Shown here piece after piece: positions 1 through 11,020 of a stretch of DNA of 28,680 nt (position 1 is the first letter of the stretch; each line of letters begins with the position of its first letter). The notes under the pieces were generated by a model. It did no database searches and was not told the origin of the DNA. It saw only the letters and a list, made by a program, of their open reading frames with translations. Position numbers and translations under genes: made by a program. The stretch comes from Chiloscyllium plagiosum (lineage: Eukaryota): assembly GCF_004010195.1 (NCBI RefSeq), contig NC_057720.1, forward strand, positions 13,905,948 to 13,934,627, written 5' to 3'.

Positions 1-145
1 GTTTACTTTAGTTCTGGCTAAAGGCCTGTAGCTGTGCAAACTTTCTCTTCAATGAATAATTTATCAGATATTTGGAAGAACTGGGCCAAAGTGATGGGCT
101 GAATGGCCTCTTTCTGTTCTGTGCCCTCATGGAGGTAGTCTTTTG

Positions 146-437
146 GTAATGCCACAGGACGACTAGTTGATGTTCTGGGGACATGGATTTGAATCTTTCT
201 TCACGGTGATAGAATTCTGGAATTAAAATAATTAGCCTAAGAGTGACCATGTAACCGTTGCCAATTGTTATAAAAACTCATCTGGTTCATTAATGGCCTT
301 TAGGGAAGCAAGTTTATTGTCCTTACCTAGTCTGGCCGACATGTGACTCCAAACCCACAGCAATAGGGCAACTGGGATTGGTAATAACTGCTGGCCTAGC
401 TAATGACACCTACATCCCATGAACTGATAAAAAAAAT
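146..437 (+). mobile_element. tRNA-derived SINE, second family ('family B' here), decayed
   Basis: Body catctggttcattaatggcctttagggaag...catgtgactcca and tail tgctggcctagc...catcccatgaactgataaaaaaaa; homologous to 1030-1345 and 11700-11975. Confidence 0.75.
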
Positions 438-681
438 AATCTGATGATTTTACCCACCAAGTAGATGCAGCATTCCACTTGTCTCGTGTAGTGGATGACC
501 AGGAGAATGCAGGCAAGGCCCGGAAGTTAGAATACCCGAGACCTGAAACTTAGGCCGAGGAGTGTACTTTGCTGACTCCCCCTCCCCTCACTTCACTTCC
601 CATCAACCTCCCTGAAGAATGCATAGGGTTGAAGCTATCCCCAATTCCATCACACAGGAGCCCCTCAAATTATGTACAAGT

Positions 682-1345
682 GGGTAATGACCGAGTGGTG
701 CTATTAGATTAGATTAGATTACATTACATTACAGTGTGGAAACAGGCCCTTCGGCCCAACAAGTCCACACAAACCCGCTGAAGTGTAACCCACCCATACC
801 CCTACATTTACCTCTTACCTAACACTACGGGCAATTTAGCATGGCCAATTCACCTGACCTGCACATCTTTGGACTGTGGGAGGAAACCGGAGCACCCAGA
901 GGAAACCCACGCAGACACGGGGAGAATGTGCAAACTCCACACAGTCAGTCGCCTGAGGCGGGAATTGAACCCGGGTCTCTGGCGCTGTGAGGCAGCAGTG
1001 CTAACCACTGTGCCACCATGCCGCCCACAAATTATTTGATTATTATCCAGAGATCCTGGTAATGCTCTGGGGACCTGGGTTCACATCCTGCTACTGCAAA
1101 TGGTGGAATTTGAATTCAGTAATAACCTGGGAATAAGAGTCTAAGTGGTGGGAAAATCCATCCAGTTCACTAATTCCCTTTTGGGAAGGAAATCTGCCAT
1201 CCTTACCTTGTCAGGTCTACATGTGACTCCAGGCACACAGTCACCCACATGTGACTGACTCTTATCTGCACTCTAGGCAATTAGAGATGGGCAATAAATG
1301 CTGGCCTGGTCAGTGATGCCCTCATCCTGTGAATGAATAAAAGAA
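682..1345 (+). mobile_element. Family-B SINE split by an HE1 insertion (682-703 + ~1030-1345)
   Basis: Head gggtaatgaccgagtggtgcta resumes after HE1 with atccagagatcctggtaatgctctggggacctgggttcacatcc (B-box-like). Tail ggcaataaatgctggcc...gaatgaataaaa. Confidence 0.75.
704..1026 (-). mobile_element. HE1 SINE (V-SINE superfamily), full length
   Basis: Reverse complement of gggcggcatggtggcacagtggttagcactgc (A box), gggttcaattcc (B box), V-domain gtgtggagtttgcacattctccccgtg, and tail gggccgaagggcctgtttccacactgt + (aatct)n. Confidence 0.92.
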
Positions 1346-1607
1346 ATGTAGAATTGTTGTCAACTGAATAAGAAATTATGGTCGGAGGTTGATAAGAGCC
1401 TAATATTTTTCATGTGCTCTTACTCAGCACTTCATGGTACCAATGGGACAGACTGAGAGGTACATTATAAATCAAGCACACAGAGCTACTGTGCGCAGAC
1501 TGCACTAATGCATCACCTGGAAAGCACAACAGAGCATTGTGATTATCTGACTCACTGGGATTCATTTCACTGACACTTAAAAAATCTAAACTACTTGACT
1601 TTCATTG

Positions 1608-1772
1608 ACAAAAACGCAAGTTACTGGAAATGTTCAGCAGGTCTGGCAGCATCCATGGAGAGAAATCGGAGTTAGTGTTTCTGGTTGAGTGACCCTTCCT
1701 CAGGACTGCTGAACTTTTCCAGCAATGTCTGTTTTTGTTTCTGAGTCACAGCATGCACAGTTCTTTTCGGTT
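1608..1772. mobile_element. Short fold-back element derived from PLE termini
   Basis: Inverted arms 1608-1640 / 1706-1738; flanked by ttgactttcattgaca (1595-1610) and ttgactatcattaaca (1773-1788). Confidence 0.7.
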
Positions 1773-1930
1773 TTGACTATCATTAACAACTGTCTTTGAA
1801 CTTGGCTTCAGGTGTCAAAATGCAATTGCTGTTGGTTGTTCATTGCAGTAAACATTGGGTGCAGATGAGATCAGGCTGAGCAATGACTGGCTTCTTCCTC
1901 CCCTTACCTCACCCCATGCCATTCCCACCG

Positions 1931-2384
1931 TGAGAATGAAGGACTTTTGCCCGAAATGTCGATTTTCCTGCTCCTCAGATGCTGCCTGAACTGTTGTGCT
2001 TTCTCTCTACAAGAATCTCAGTGAGTCTTTCTCTCACTGCAACCCTCAGGCCATCTCCTCTGCCCTGAAGCTCTTCAACCATGTACTGAAACAGACCCGC
2101 CTACCTGCCAATCTTCCTTACCATCTATCCGCTCCACCCTCCTCTCTGACCGATCACCTTCATCCCCTCCACCTATTGTACTCTTTGCTACCTTCTCCCC
2201 AGACCCCTCCCCCTTCCATTTATCTCTCCACCCTGGAGGCTTCTTGCCTCTATTCCTGATGAAGGTCTTTTGCCCGAAACATCGATTTTCCTGCTCCTCG
2301 GATGCTGCCTGACCAGCTGTGCTTTTCCAGCGCCACTCTAATCTAGACTCTGATCTCCAGATTCTGCAGTCCTCACTTTTGCCT
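1931..2384 (+). mobile_element. Penelope-like element remnant: partial terminal repeat, ORF 5' piece, terminal repeat
   Basis: Two copies of gaagg.cttttgcccgaaa..tcgattttcctgctcctc.gatgctgcctga (1936-1990, 2256-2312); ends ctctgatctccagattctgcagtcctcactttt. Confidence 0.8.
2251..2287 (+). ncRNA. Minimal type I hammerhead ribozyme-like motif (decayed) in PLE terminus
   Basis: CTGATGA (2256-2262), ggtc-tttt-gccc imperfect stem II, GAAAC (2276-2280), ATC. Confidence 0.5.
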
Positions 2385-2894
2385 ACCAGATTGACAATGG
2401 TAAAGATTTGGCAGATAAATAAAATGAGAGACTCCTGACTCCCAGCACTCCTGGAGCCATATTTCAGCAAAGTGGGTCAGACATTGTTCAGGCACCCTTT
2501 TAGTGTGGGATGTTGGCCCCCGAAGTTGCTGCTCATTGGAACTCATTTTATGCCCATGATACAACAGAATTCAATTCCTACACCTTTTGTCTCCGAAGCA
2601 TTTTGGAGACTTCCTGAGAGAATCGATAAGCAATATGTAAGCACCACTAGGAGAAAATGAGGACTGCAGATGCTGGAAATCAGAGTTGAGAGTGTGGTGC
2701 TGGAAAAGCACAGCCAGTCAGGCAGAATCCAAGGAGCAGGAGAATCACGTTTCAGGCACAAGCCATTCATCAGGAATGAGGCTTGTAGGCCAGATAAATG
2801 TGAGGGAGGTGCGTCTGGGTAGTAGGTAACTGAGAGTGCGATAGGTCGATGGATGTGGGGTAATGATGATAGGTCAGAGAGGAGGGTGGAGCAG

Positions 2895-4260
2895 TCCTCA
2901 CCCTCAATAATTTTTCCTTTGAAGCCTCCCACTTCCTCCAGATAAAAAGGATAACCATGGGTACCTGCATGGGCCCCAGCTATGCCTGTCTCTTTGTCGC
3001 CTAAGTGGAACAGTCCATCTTTCATAGTTACACCGGCACCACTCCCCACCTCTTCCTCCGCTACATTAATGACTGTATCGGTAACAACTCGTGCTCCCGC
3101 GAGGCGGCTGAGCAGTTCATCAACTTCACCAACACATTCCACCGCAACCTTAAATTCACCTGGACCATCTCAGACACCTCCCTCCCCTTCCTGGACCTCT
3201 CCATCTCCATCAATGGTGACTCAACATGAACATCTCCTACAAACTCCCACAGCTACCTGGACTACACCTCCTCCCACCCTGCCTTCTGCAAAAATGCCAT
3301 CCCTTATTCTCAATTCCTCCGCCTCTGCCGCATCTGCTCCCAGGAGGACCTGTTCCACCACTGAACACACCAGATGGCCTCCTTCTTTGAAGACCACAAT
3401 TTTCCCTCCCACGTGGTTGATGATGCCCTCCAGCGCATCTCATCGACTTCCCGCTTCTCCGCCCTCAAACCACACCCCTCCCACTGCAACAAGGACAGAA
3501 ACCCTGGTCCTCACACTCCACCAACCTCTATATACATCGCATCATCCTCTGCCATTTCGACCGCCTACAAACGGACTCCAATACAAGACAGATATTTTCC
3601 TCCCCACCCCTATCCGCTTTCTGTAAAGACTGTTCCCTCTGCGACTCTCTTGTCATATCCCGCCATCACCCTCCTCTCCTGGCACCTTCCCCTGCTACTG
3701 CAGGAATTGCAAACCTGCGCCCACACCTTCCCCCTCACCTCCATCCAAGGCCCCAAAGGAGCCTTCCACATCCATCAGAGTTTTACCTGACATTTACACA
3801 TGTAATTTACTGTATCTGTTGCTCTTGATGCGATCACCTCTACACTGGGGAGACAAAGAGGTCTACTTGCAGACTGCTTCAGAGAACATCTCTGGGACAC
3901 CTGTATCAACCAACCCCACTGCCCTGTGGCCAAACACTTCAACTCCCCCTTCCACTCCGCCAAGGAAATGCAGGTCCTGGGCCTCCTCCATTGCTACGCC
4001 CTATGCACCCGATGTCTGGAGGAAGAACACCTCATCTTCTGCCTCGGGACCTTCCAACCCCATGGCATCAATGTGGATTTCACCAGTTTCCTCATCTTCA
4101 ACTCCCCCTTCCACTCCGCCACGGAAATGCAGGTCCTGGGCCTCCTCCATTGCTACTCCCTAGGCACCCGATGTCTGGAGGAAGAACACCTCATCTTCTG
4201 CCTCGGGACCTTCCAACCCCATGGCATCAATGTGGATTTCACCAGTTTCCTCATTTCCCC
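2895..4260 (+). pseudogene. Decayed PLE reverse transcriptase C-terminal part + GIY-YIG endonuclease
   Basis: MGTCMGPSYACLF, FLRYINDCIG (YIDD site, 3059-3073), LKFTW..SLPFLDL, SHSYLDYTSSHP, and VIYCICCS*CDHLYTGETK (3802-3858); several stops and frameshifts. Confidence 0.88.
3937..4254 (+). repeat. Tandem duplication, 2 x 159 bp
   Basis: 3937-4095 and 4096-4254 differ at 3 positions by eye. Confidence 0.95.
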
Positions 4261-4994
4261 TTCCCCCACCTTACTCCAGTTCCAACCCACCCCTTGGTCC
4301 ATAAGCCTCATTCCTGATGATGGGCTTGTACCGTCAATGTCGATTCTCCTGCTCCTCAGATGCTGCCTGACCTGCTGTACTCTTCCAGCACCCCACTCAC
4401 ATCTCAGATATGTTAGCACAAGTCTATGTTGTCTTTTCTTTGCAGGGAAAGGTAGAAAGTGATTGGGAGTTACTAATGATCTTCACACACAATCCTTGAG
4501 AACAAAGTGTAAAGGCAAACAACTGTCAAAAAGGACGAGTGGCTCATGAATCCCCTTCCTGCGATCAATGAAGACTTAGGAAAATCAAATAGGGGATTTT
4601 GCAGATTCCCAGATAATAACGTGAGGCTGTTGATGTTTAAACCTCTGAACACTCAGAAATTAACCTTTGTAGTACAGAACTTAAACATTACTAAAAGGGT
4701 CAAGAAGTTGTAACTTTCATTTTTCTCTCACTAGGATTAGGACACTAGTAACAGACTTGAAAAAAGAATGTTATTTCATGGAGCATGTGAAGAGGGTGCT
4801 GATGGGTTGGACCATCATTGACCGGAGATGCAGCAAGATGAGTTACCTGTCAATCTTAATTTTCAGACCAGGCAGGTAGATCCTGATTGGTTAGCACATT
4901 GCCATGACAATGAAGAAGAGATTGGTTGTTTCCATGACCATTGTTTTCTATAGAAGGTCTTTCAGCCAACATGTTTGCCGCAGTTGAGGTGCCA

Positions 4995-5080
4995 TTCTGA
5001 AGAGTTATTGGACTCAAAACATTAACACGGCTTTCTCTCCATGGATGCTGAGTTTCTCCATCACTTCCTGGTTTTATTTA
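4995..5080 (+). mobile_element. Short PLE-terminus derivative, decayed
   Basis: ttctgaagagttattggactcaaaacattaac...tttctctccatggatgctgagtttctcca, similar to 14520-14900 and 20685-20840. Confidence 0.55.
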
Positions 5081-5120
5081 TGACTATGAACAGAACCAGG
5101 TTGCAATGAGGTTGGGAACG

Positions 5121-5341
5121 TGCAGTGATTAGAATGAGGTCAGCCAAGTGGACCTCAAAGAATATGAGTTCCCTGTTTGGGGCTGTTAACTTGGTGCAAT
5201 CAGGGAGCCCTGTCTGAGAGATATGAACAGGAGGGTCAGAGGTTCTGCTCACTGAGCTAGCTGGGTCAGTATCATATACTATGCATGTGTAAATAAAGAG
5301 TGACTTGGTGATGGAATACCGGTCTTTGTGGAATTATTTCA
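5121..5341 (+). mobile_element. Solo LTR
   Basis: TG...CA ends (tgcagtgatt...ttatttca), internal inverted repeat ttccctgtttgg/caatcaggga, TATA-like gatatgaa and AATAAA at 5292; target-site duplication not clean. Confidence 0.65.
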
Positions 5342-5663
5342 GAAACCATTCGAAGCAGCCCACATAACCCATTGCCCATAAAGGGTGACTCAGGAATTCA
5401 TGGAAGGTTTACACTCCTGACGGTGACAGATGGCGGCAAATCTTCAATTGACCTTATCAGAAATCTTCGCCATATTTCTTTTCTTAAGTGCAGATCAGAC
5501 ATGATCAGGTGCTGCATGTTTGTAACTGAAGCGCATTGTCCGTCCATAGACAGTAGAGCTAGATGGGTGACATCACGATCAATCTTTCTGACACTTATTG
5601 ACCTGCTCTTTTCTGATCCAAGGGTAACATGCCTTTTATACAGTCCTGTCAATATCCAACTGC

Positions 5664-5871
5664 TGTGATTCAGTCACCAATTACCTATGGACAGTGTGTA
5701 ATACCAGTATTTGGTGACATGACAGTTGGGTGGGTTGTGATTGAGATATTGGATGCTGTCTCCTTCACTCTGGTATCTGTGTCTTTGAAAGAATGGACAG
5801 CAAGTAAACTGCTCTGCATTCAATAAAGACTGGTCCACTTTAAGAACCAGTTGTTGTTGTTATTAATCACA
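5664..5871 (+). mobile_element. Putative solo LTR (208 bp)
   Basis: Perfect 7-bp terminal inverted repeat TGTGATT...AATCACA and AATAAA at 5822; no target-site duplication. Confidence 0.5.
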
Positions 5872-5939
5872 ATTTTGCAACAACTCTGCATTGCTTGCGA
5901 GAATTGAAGAAAGGAATGGGAATATTGGCAATGTGTATA

Positions 5940-6200
5940 CAGTACATAGGAACTGGGAACAGGAATAGGCCATTTGGCCCATCAATCTTGTTCCCTGATT
6001 CAACTAGATTCTGGATGAGTGTCCCATTTTCCCACACTGTCCTCATATCCCTTGGTATCCTTAATGTCTTTCAGTCTATTGATCTCTGCCATGGATATGC
6101 TCAATTATTGAGCTTCCACAGCCATTTAGAACAGAAAATTCCAATGAGTGAAGGAATTCCTCCTCATCCCACAGTCCAAAAAAGCCTAGTCTTTATTCTA
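5940..6200 (-). mobile_element. Old CR1 LINE 3' end
   Basis: aggaataggccatttggccc tail, ccatttccc..catatcccttg, gagtgaaggaattcctcctcatc (reverse of the ORF2 C-terminal RNFF motif). Confidence 0.65.
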
Positions 6201-6934
6201 CAAATGCACTGGATGAAACGAAGGTGTGGTCTGATGAGCTGTTTTGTTCTGTTTCTATAATATTAACATTTGCCATAATTAATTGTGAGTCTGTTTATGT
6301 TCACCAGACAATGTGACACAGTACTTCAATATTTTGCTTAGAATGAGACCAGCTGGCATTTAAAGTGCCTCACTGAAGCGCAGCATGCAATGCTTTTTAG
6401 AAGCATTAGCAAAAAATATTTAAATGATTTTTGTTCAGCATTTAGTTTGGGACATCATTGGAAATTACAGTAGAATCAATCATTTTTGAACAGGTAGTTC
6501 TTCATTCATCTTAACAAATGACAGCTACAAGTTTGCATATAGAATGAGGACCTGCTAAATGTAATGTTGCAAATTTGATTGAGGAGGTCTGTGAACATTA
6601 GAAGTGGGAGGATCCAATATTAACCAGACTCTATACCCACTGTAATTTTAACCTTGTGACTGCCACCAGGTCCCTCTGTTGTCACACTGGGTTTAGATAT
6701 ATTCAGGGATATCTATATTGAAGTGTTGACTGATACAGGTGCCCTTTCGCTCCCTATTCCTGCAGCAAAGAGGCCTCACCCTCTCCCATTCATAAACACC
6801 CATCACTTTTCTTTTGCTAATAGCCTTACTTGTATCTGTTTCAGGGATCCACAACGATCATCATGTTTAACTGAATTCAGCAGGCACTTTGATCCCCAAT
6901 GGTAGGTTCCATTTGAAATGGAGCCATCCACATT

Positions 6935-7550
6935 TCCACCTTTCATGAGCACAGGATATTCCAAAGTGCTGTATAGCAAATCAAATATTTCTGAACAGTA
7001 CTCAGTATTATAATGTAGGACACATTGACGTCAATGTGCATTTATCACAGAAACATCAATGAGATAATGAGCCAGTGTTGATTGAAGGATTCCGGCTCAA
7101 AGGGCATTATTTTGTGGGTGACACAGTGGCTCAGTGGCTAGCACTGCTACCTTGCAATGCCAGGGGCCTGGGTTTGATTCCCACCTTGGGCAACTGTCTG
7201 TGTGGAGTTTGCATGTTCACCCCTGTATTTGTGTGGGTTTCCTCTCAAAACCCAAGGATATGCAGGTCAAATGGATTGCCCATTAGGTGCATTAGTCAGA
7301 GGGAAATGGATCTGGGTGGGTTACTCTTCGAAGGATTGGTGTGGACTTGTTGGGCTGAAGGGCCTGTTCCCATGCTTTAGGGAATCTAATCTAACAAATA
7401 ATAGACAGAGGTATATCCTTTGCCTTACAATGAAATATATTCCTTATAAAATTTACGTCTAGCTAAGAGGGCAGGCAAATGTCAGTTTAATGTACATCTG
7501 AGAAACAGCATCGCCAACAGTACAGCACCCTCTCAGTGTTGTGCACGAGT
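6935..7550 (-). mobile_element. DeuSINE-like (SacSINE1-like) remnant interrupted by HE1
   Basis: ccaaagtgctgtatagcaaat...ataatgtagg and gtttaatgtacatctgagaaacagcatcgccaacagtacagcaccctctcagt resemble the 12711-13222 copy. Confidence 0.55.
7114..7394 (+). mobile_element. HE1 SINE with internal deletions
   Basis: gtggctcagtggctagcactgc...gggtttgattccc...tgtgtggagtttgcatgttc...gggctgaagggcctgtt...aatctaatcta. Confidence 0.88.
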
Positions 7551-7759
7551 AAATAGCAACTCGGCAGGTCTGTGGAGAGAGAAGCAGAGTTATTGTTTTG
7601 AGTCCAATATGATTCTTCCTTGGAAATAAAGTGGCTGGAAAAGGCATGAGTTTTATGTTGTAGAAAATGGGAGGATGAAGAGCACGTAAAACAGATGGCA
7701 AAGGTGTACTGGAGCAAAAGGCAAGTGGAGTGCTCATCATAGTAAAGAAGAGATATAGA

Positions 7760-8660
7760 GGAGTAGATTAATGAAAGGATTTACTCACAAACAATTGGGC
7801 TGCATATGGCTGAGGGCCCTTTCAGCTATGGAAGGGGATGGTGCACGGGAGCAGTTAAGGACAATGGAAGATATATCAGAAGAACATTTTTGGAAGTTGA
7901 TATCATCAGAACAGACATGACAGAGATAAGAAACTGTGAGAATGGGATGAAATCATTACAGAAAGCAGAGTGGAAGTGCAGTCAAGGTATCCGTGGAAGT
8001 GAATGGAGTGGATATTGGTGGACAGCTAATCCCCAGAAATGGAACAAGTGAAATCAAAGAAGGGAAGGGATGAGTCAGAGATGGGCTAGGTGAAAGGTGA
8101 GAGAAAGATGGAAACTGGAAGCAAAATTGTTGAAGTTTAGTTGAACAGGAGAAAAAGAGCAGCACTGGTTATGTCATCAATGTACTGGACAAAGAGTTAC
8201 GCCAGGGATCCTGAGTAAGGCTGGAACAAGGAAAGTTCCGCCTACCCCACAAAGAGACAACCATAACTGAGGGTGCTCAAGGCCACACTCCTTAACTGGA
8301 TAAAACAAGTTTGGATAAATTGTTTGAAGTGAGAAGGCGTTCAACATTAGCAAAATGGAGTATGGTGGCTAGACATGGGGATTGTTCAGGCTCCTTTTAA
8401 GAAAGAAACAGAGAGCCTTCAGACCATGGAGAATGGGATGTTGAGGAATTGCACATGTACAGTGGAGAGAGGTGGCTAGGACAAGGAAGCTGGACATTGT
8501 GGGAACAATGTAAAGTGTTTGAATTTAGGTGGGGAGAGTCTGAATAAGCAGTGAAAAATAGAATCATGATAGGAAGAAATAATTTCTATGGGGCAAGACA
8601 GACAAATGAGGGCAGACTTGTTTCTAGATTTTGGGAAGCAGGTGGATACTGTTTAAGCAG
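7760..8660 (-). pseudogene. Old, heavily decayed PLE reverse transcriptase
   Basis: Minus strand reads SYGCLFVG* and QYIDD (8173-8188), followed by ctctgactcatcccttcccttc (SDSSLPF), collinear with 2950-3300. Confidence 0.7.
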
Positions 8661-8904
8661 TAGATACTCTTTATTAGTCCTACTATTATCATTGGTACCT
8701 CCTGGAGCATTACTACTGAATCTACTACTACTCACACTGCGTATTCATCTCCAGCATGGACCTAATATCCTGAACCATGGCATTGGTCAGGATATACAGT
8801 CTTCTAGACTCTCACTCTTGTTATAGAAAACATTGTCTTCCTGAATCCCTGACTACCACTGCATTCTTGTTAAGTTTGCCCTCATGAATGGCTTCCTCTA
8901 CTAT

Positions 8905-9140
8905 GGTAAAAACCAAGAACTGTGGGTACTGTAAATCCGGAAAAAAAACAGAAGTTGTTGGAAAAGTTCAGCCGGTCTGGCTGCAACTGTGAAAGAAAAT
9001 CAGAGTTAATATTTGGGTCCAGTGATCGTTCCTCAGAATTGATGGTAGCTAGGAAAATATCATTTTGTATGGAGAAGATAAGGTGGGGGAAGTAATGAGT
9101 AAACAATAAATGGGGATAGAGCCCAAAGAGAGAGAAAAAA
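8905..9140 (-). mobile_element. PLE terminus, same type as 1608-1772
   Basis: aaaaaccaagaactgtgggtactgtaaatc..aaaacagaagttgttggaaaagttcagccggtctggc...gagttaat. Confidence 0.65.
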
Positions 9141-9144
9141 CTAA

Positions 9145-9292
9145 GGGAGGAAACTGGAGCACCTAGAGCAAACCCACCCGACATGGGGAGAATGTGCACA
9201 CTCCACACAGATAGTCGCCTGAGGCTGGAATTGGACATTGATCTCTGGAGCTGTGAGGCAGCAGTGCTAGCAACTGAGCCACTATGCATGCC
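9145..9292 (-). mobile_element. HE1 SINE, 5' half
   Basis: gggaggaaactggagcacc...ctccacacag...ctgtgaggcagcagtgctagcaactgagccac. Confidence 0.85.
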
Positions 9293-9674
9293 ATAAGGCT
9301 GGTCTCATATCTAATTAATGTAACAAAGTCCTTCCAAAGTCCCACCACTTGACCAAATTAGACCAACAGATGTCCACATCTGCATCAAGCAGGTTACAGA
9401 AACCAGGTTTGCATGAGCAACACAAATCCATGTCCTTACAGGAAGAAGCTAACAACAGGAGAGGAAAAGGCTTATCATGATGTGAATTATTGTAAAGTGC
9501 AGGCTCGAATTGGCAATACATGCGTAGCCACCAAGACCCGAAACAATAAGCTCCACAGCATATATCACTCGTAATAGTTTTCATTCCATCGCTAAGTCAA
9601 TGGTTTCAAGGTAAGAGGATCAGAGTAGCTGAATGCCATTACACATGATGTTCAGATGCTGGTGTTTGACTGGG

Positions 9675-10205
9675 CTGGGCAAAGACAGAAATCAGATGAC
9701 ACCAGGTGATAATCCAACAGGTTTATTTGAAATCTCAAGCTTTCAGAGCATTGCCCCTTCAGCAGGCGAAGTGAGAGAGAAGCACACAGGCACAGAATTT
9801 AGATTAGATTAGGTTAGATTTCCTACAGTGTGGAAACAGGCCCTTTGGCCCAACAAGTCCACACTAACCCTCCGAAGAGCAACCCACACAGACCGATTCC
9901 CCTACACCTATCACTATGGCCAATCCATCTAACCTGCACAGCTTTGGACTGTGGGAGGAAACCAGAGCATGCAGAGGAGAATGTGCAAACTCCACACAGA
10001 CAGTCGCCCAAGGCTAGAATCGAACCTGGGTCCCTGGCGCTGTGAGGCAGCAGTGCTAACCACTGAGCCACCATGCTGCCCTTGATTTATATGCAGAGAG
10101 ATCTAAAATCATACAAATGGTGTGAATGGAGTGTTGACAGGCCCAGTGCCAGGTTTCTGCGTTGATCAGGAGTATCAGATGGTGTGAGTAAAGTGTCAAC
10201 AACTG
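9675..10205 (-). mobile_element. PLE-type terminus (different subfamily) split by HE1
   Basis: gacaccaggtgataatccaacaggtttatttg..agctttcagagcattgccccttcagcagg (decayed hammerhead-like motif on minus strand); sequence continues after 10081. Confidence 0.55.
9799..10081 (-). mobile_element. HE1 SINE
   Basis: (agatt)n tail, acagtgtggaaacaggccc, and head gcagtgctaaccactgagccaccatgctgccc. Confidence 0.9.
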
Positions 10206-10479
10206 AATCTGCCTCATTTAATCAGATTATAGGTCACACCTTTGCTTATTATTCAATTGTTGACACTCTCAGTTCTAAAGGATAGTCCCTTCACTTTGAA
10301 GCTGTGTCCTTGTGCTTCAGATTTCCAAAGTCTTTTCCTGTTTAGAAATAGTCTGTGCCTCTGCTCTTCCTACTATAGTACATACTCTCATATTTTCCCA
10401 CATTGTGTTTCATCTACCACTTCCTTGCCCACCCTCCTAGCCTGTCCAAGTCCATTTGCAGCCTCCCCCACCTCCTCCA

Positions 10480-10887
10480 TATGAGCACTGATTGGAGACA
10501 TTGGGACTGTTCCCCTTGGAGAGAAGAAGGCTGGAAGAAGACTTGATAGAGATCTTCAAAATCATGAGCCGGGTTGGGTAAAGAGATAAGGAGAAACTTT
10601 CGCAAACGAGTGAGAGATTTAAATGATGTGCAAACTAAACAAGGCCAATGTGAGAATACGCTTTTTCACACAGTGAGTAGTTAGTGCATGAAACCCACTG
10701 CTTGGAAATGAGGAGGAGGCAGGCTCAATTGAGACATTCAAGAGGGCATTGGATAATTGTTTGGATAGAAAATGGGCATGGGGAAATGGAGAAAAAGCAG
10801 GAGACTGGCACTGGGTAATAAAACCAGTGCAGGTGTGATGGGCCAAATGGCCTTCATCTACACCATTACAATTCTGTGATTCTGTGA
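10480..10887 (+). mobile_element. Old CR1 LINE 3' end
   Basis: Encodes LGLFPLERRRLEEDLIEIFKIM; tail gatgggccaaatggcct...attctgtgattctgtga. Confidence 0.8.
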
Positions 10888-11020
10888 TATTCCATGAACG
10901 TCCTGATAGAGATCTTTAGCATCATCAACATCTGTTGTAAGCTACACACTACTTCTAGAAAAAGGCAAGAGATGATCAAGCCAGAGTTCCAGGTCTGCTA
11001 GCTTGTCAGGGGAGAACCAT

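Larger units (their letters stand above)
2651..4406 (+). mobile_element. Penelope-like retroelement, 5'-truncated, with inverted 5' terminal repeat
   Basis: 2651-~2890 is the terminus in minus orientation and ~4300-4406 is the same terminus in plus orientation, with RT and GIY-YIG remnants between. Flanks atatgtaagcac (2633-2644) and atatgttagcac (4408-4419). Confidence 0.88.

Noticed and set aside
2589..2610. Small hairpin gtctcc...ggagac
   Set aside because: Too short to distinguish from chance.
4428..4457. Strong acceptor cttttctttgcag followed by 6-nt ggaaag
   Set aside because: The donor gtagaa is weak and nothing else supports an exon.
2543..4462. Long overlapping ORFs (199, 214, 178 aa) as host genes
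   Set aside because: They are antisense or off-frame readings, or frameshifted pieces, of a decayed PLE.
8660..8740. Hydrophobic Leu-rich stretch in ORF 8551-8826
   Set aside because: It is the translation of decayed (tac/tat)n low-complexity sequence next to a PLE remnant.
9315..9584. Cys-rich 89-aa minus-strand ORF
   Set aside because: No recognisable domain or convincing splice context; the length is within chance expectation.
10230..10470. Probable very old minus-strand CR1 fragments
   Set aside because: Too decayed to assign or delimit reliably by eye.
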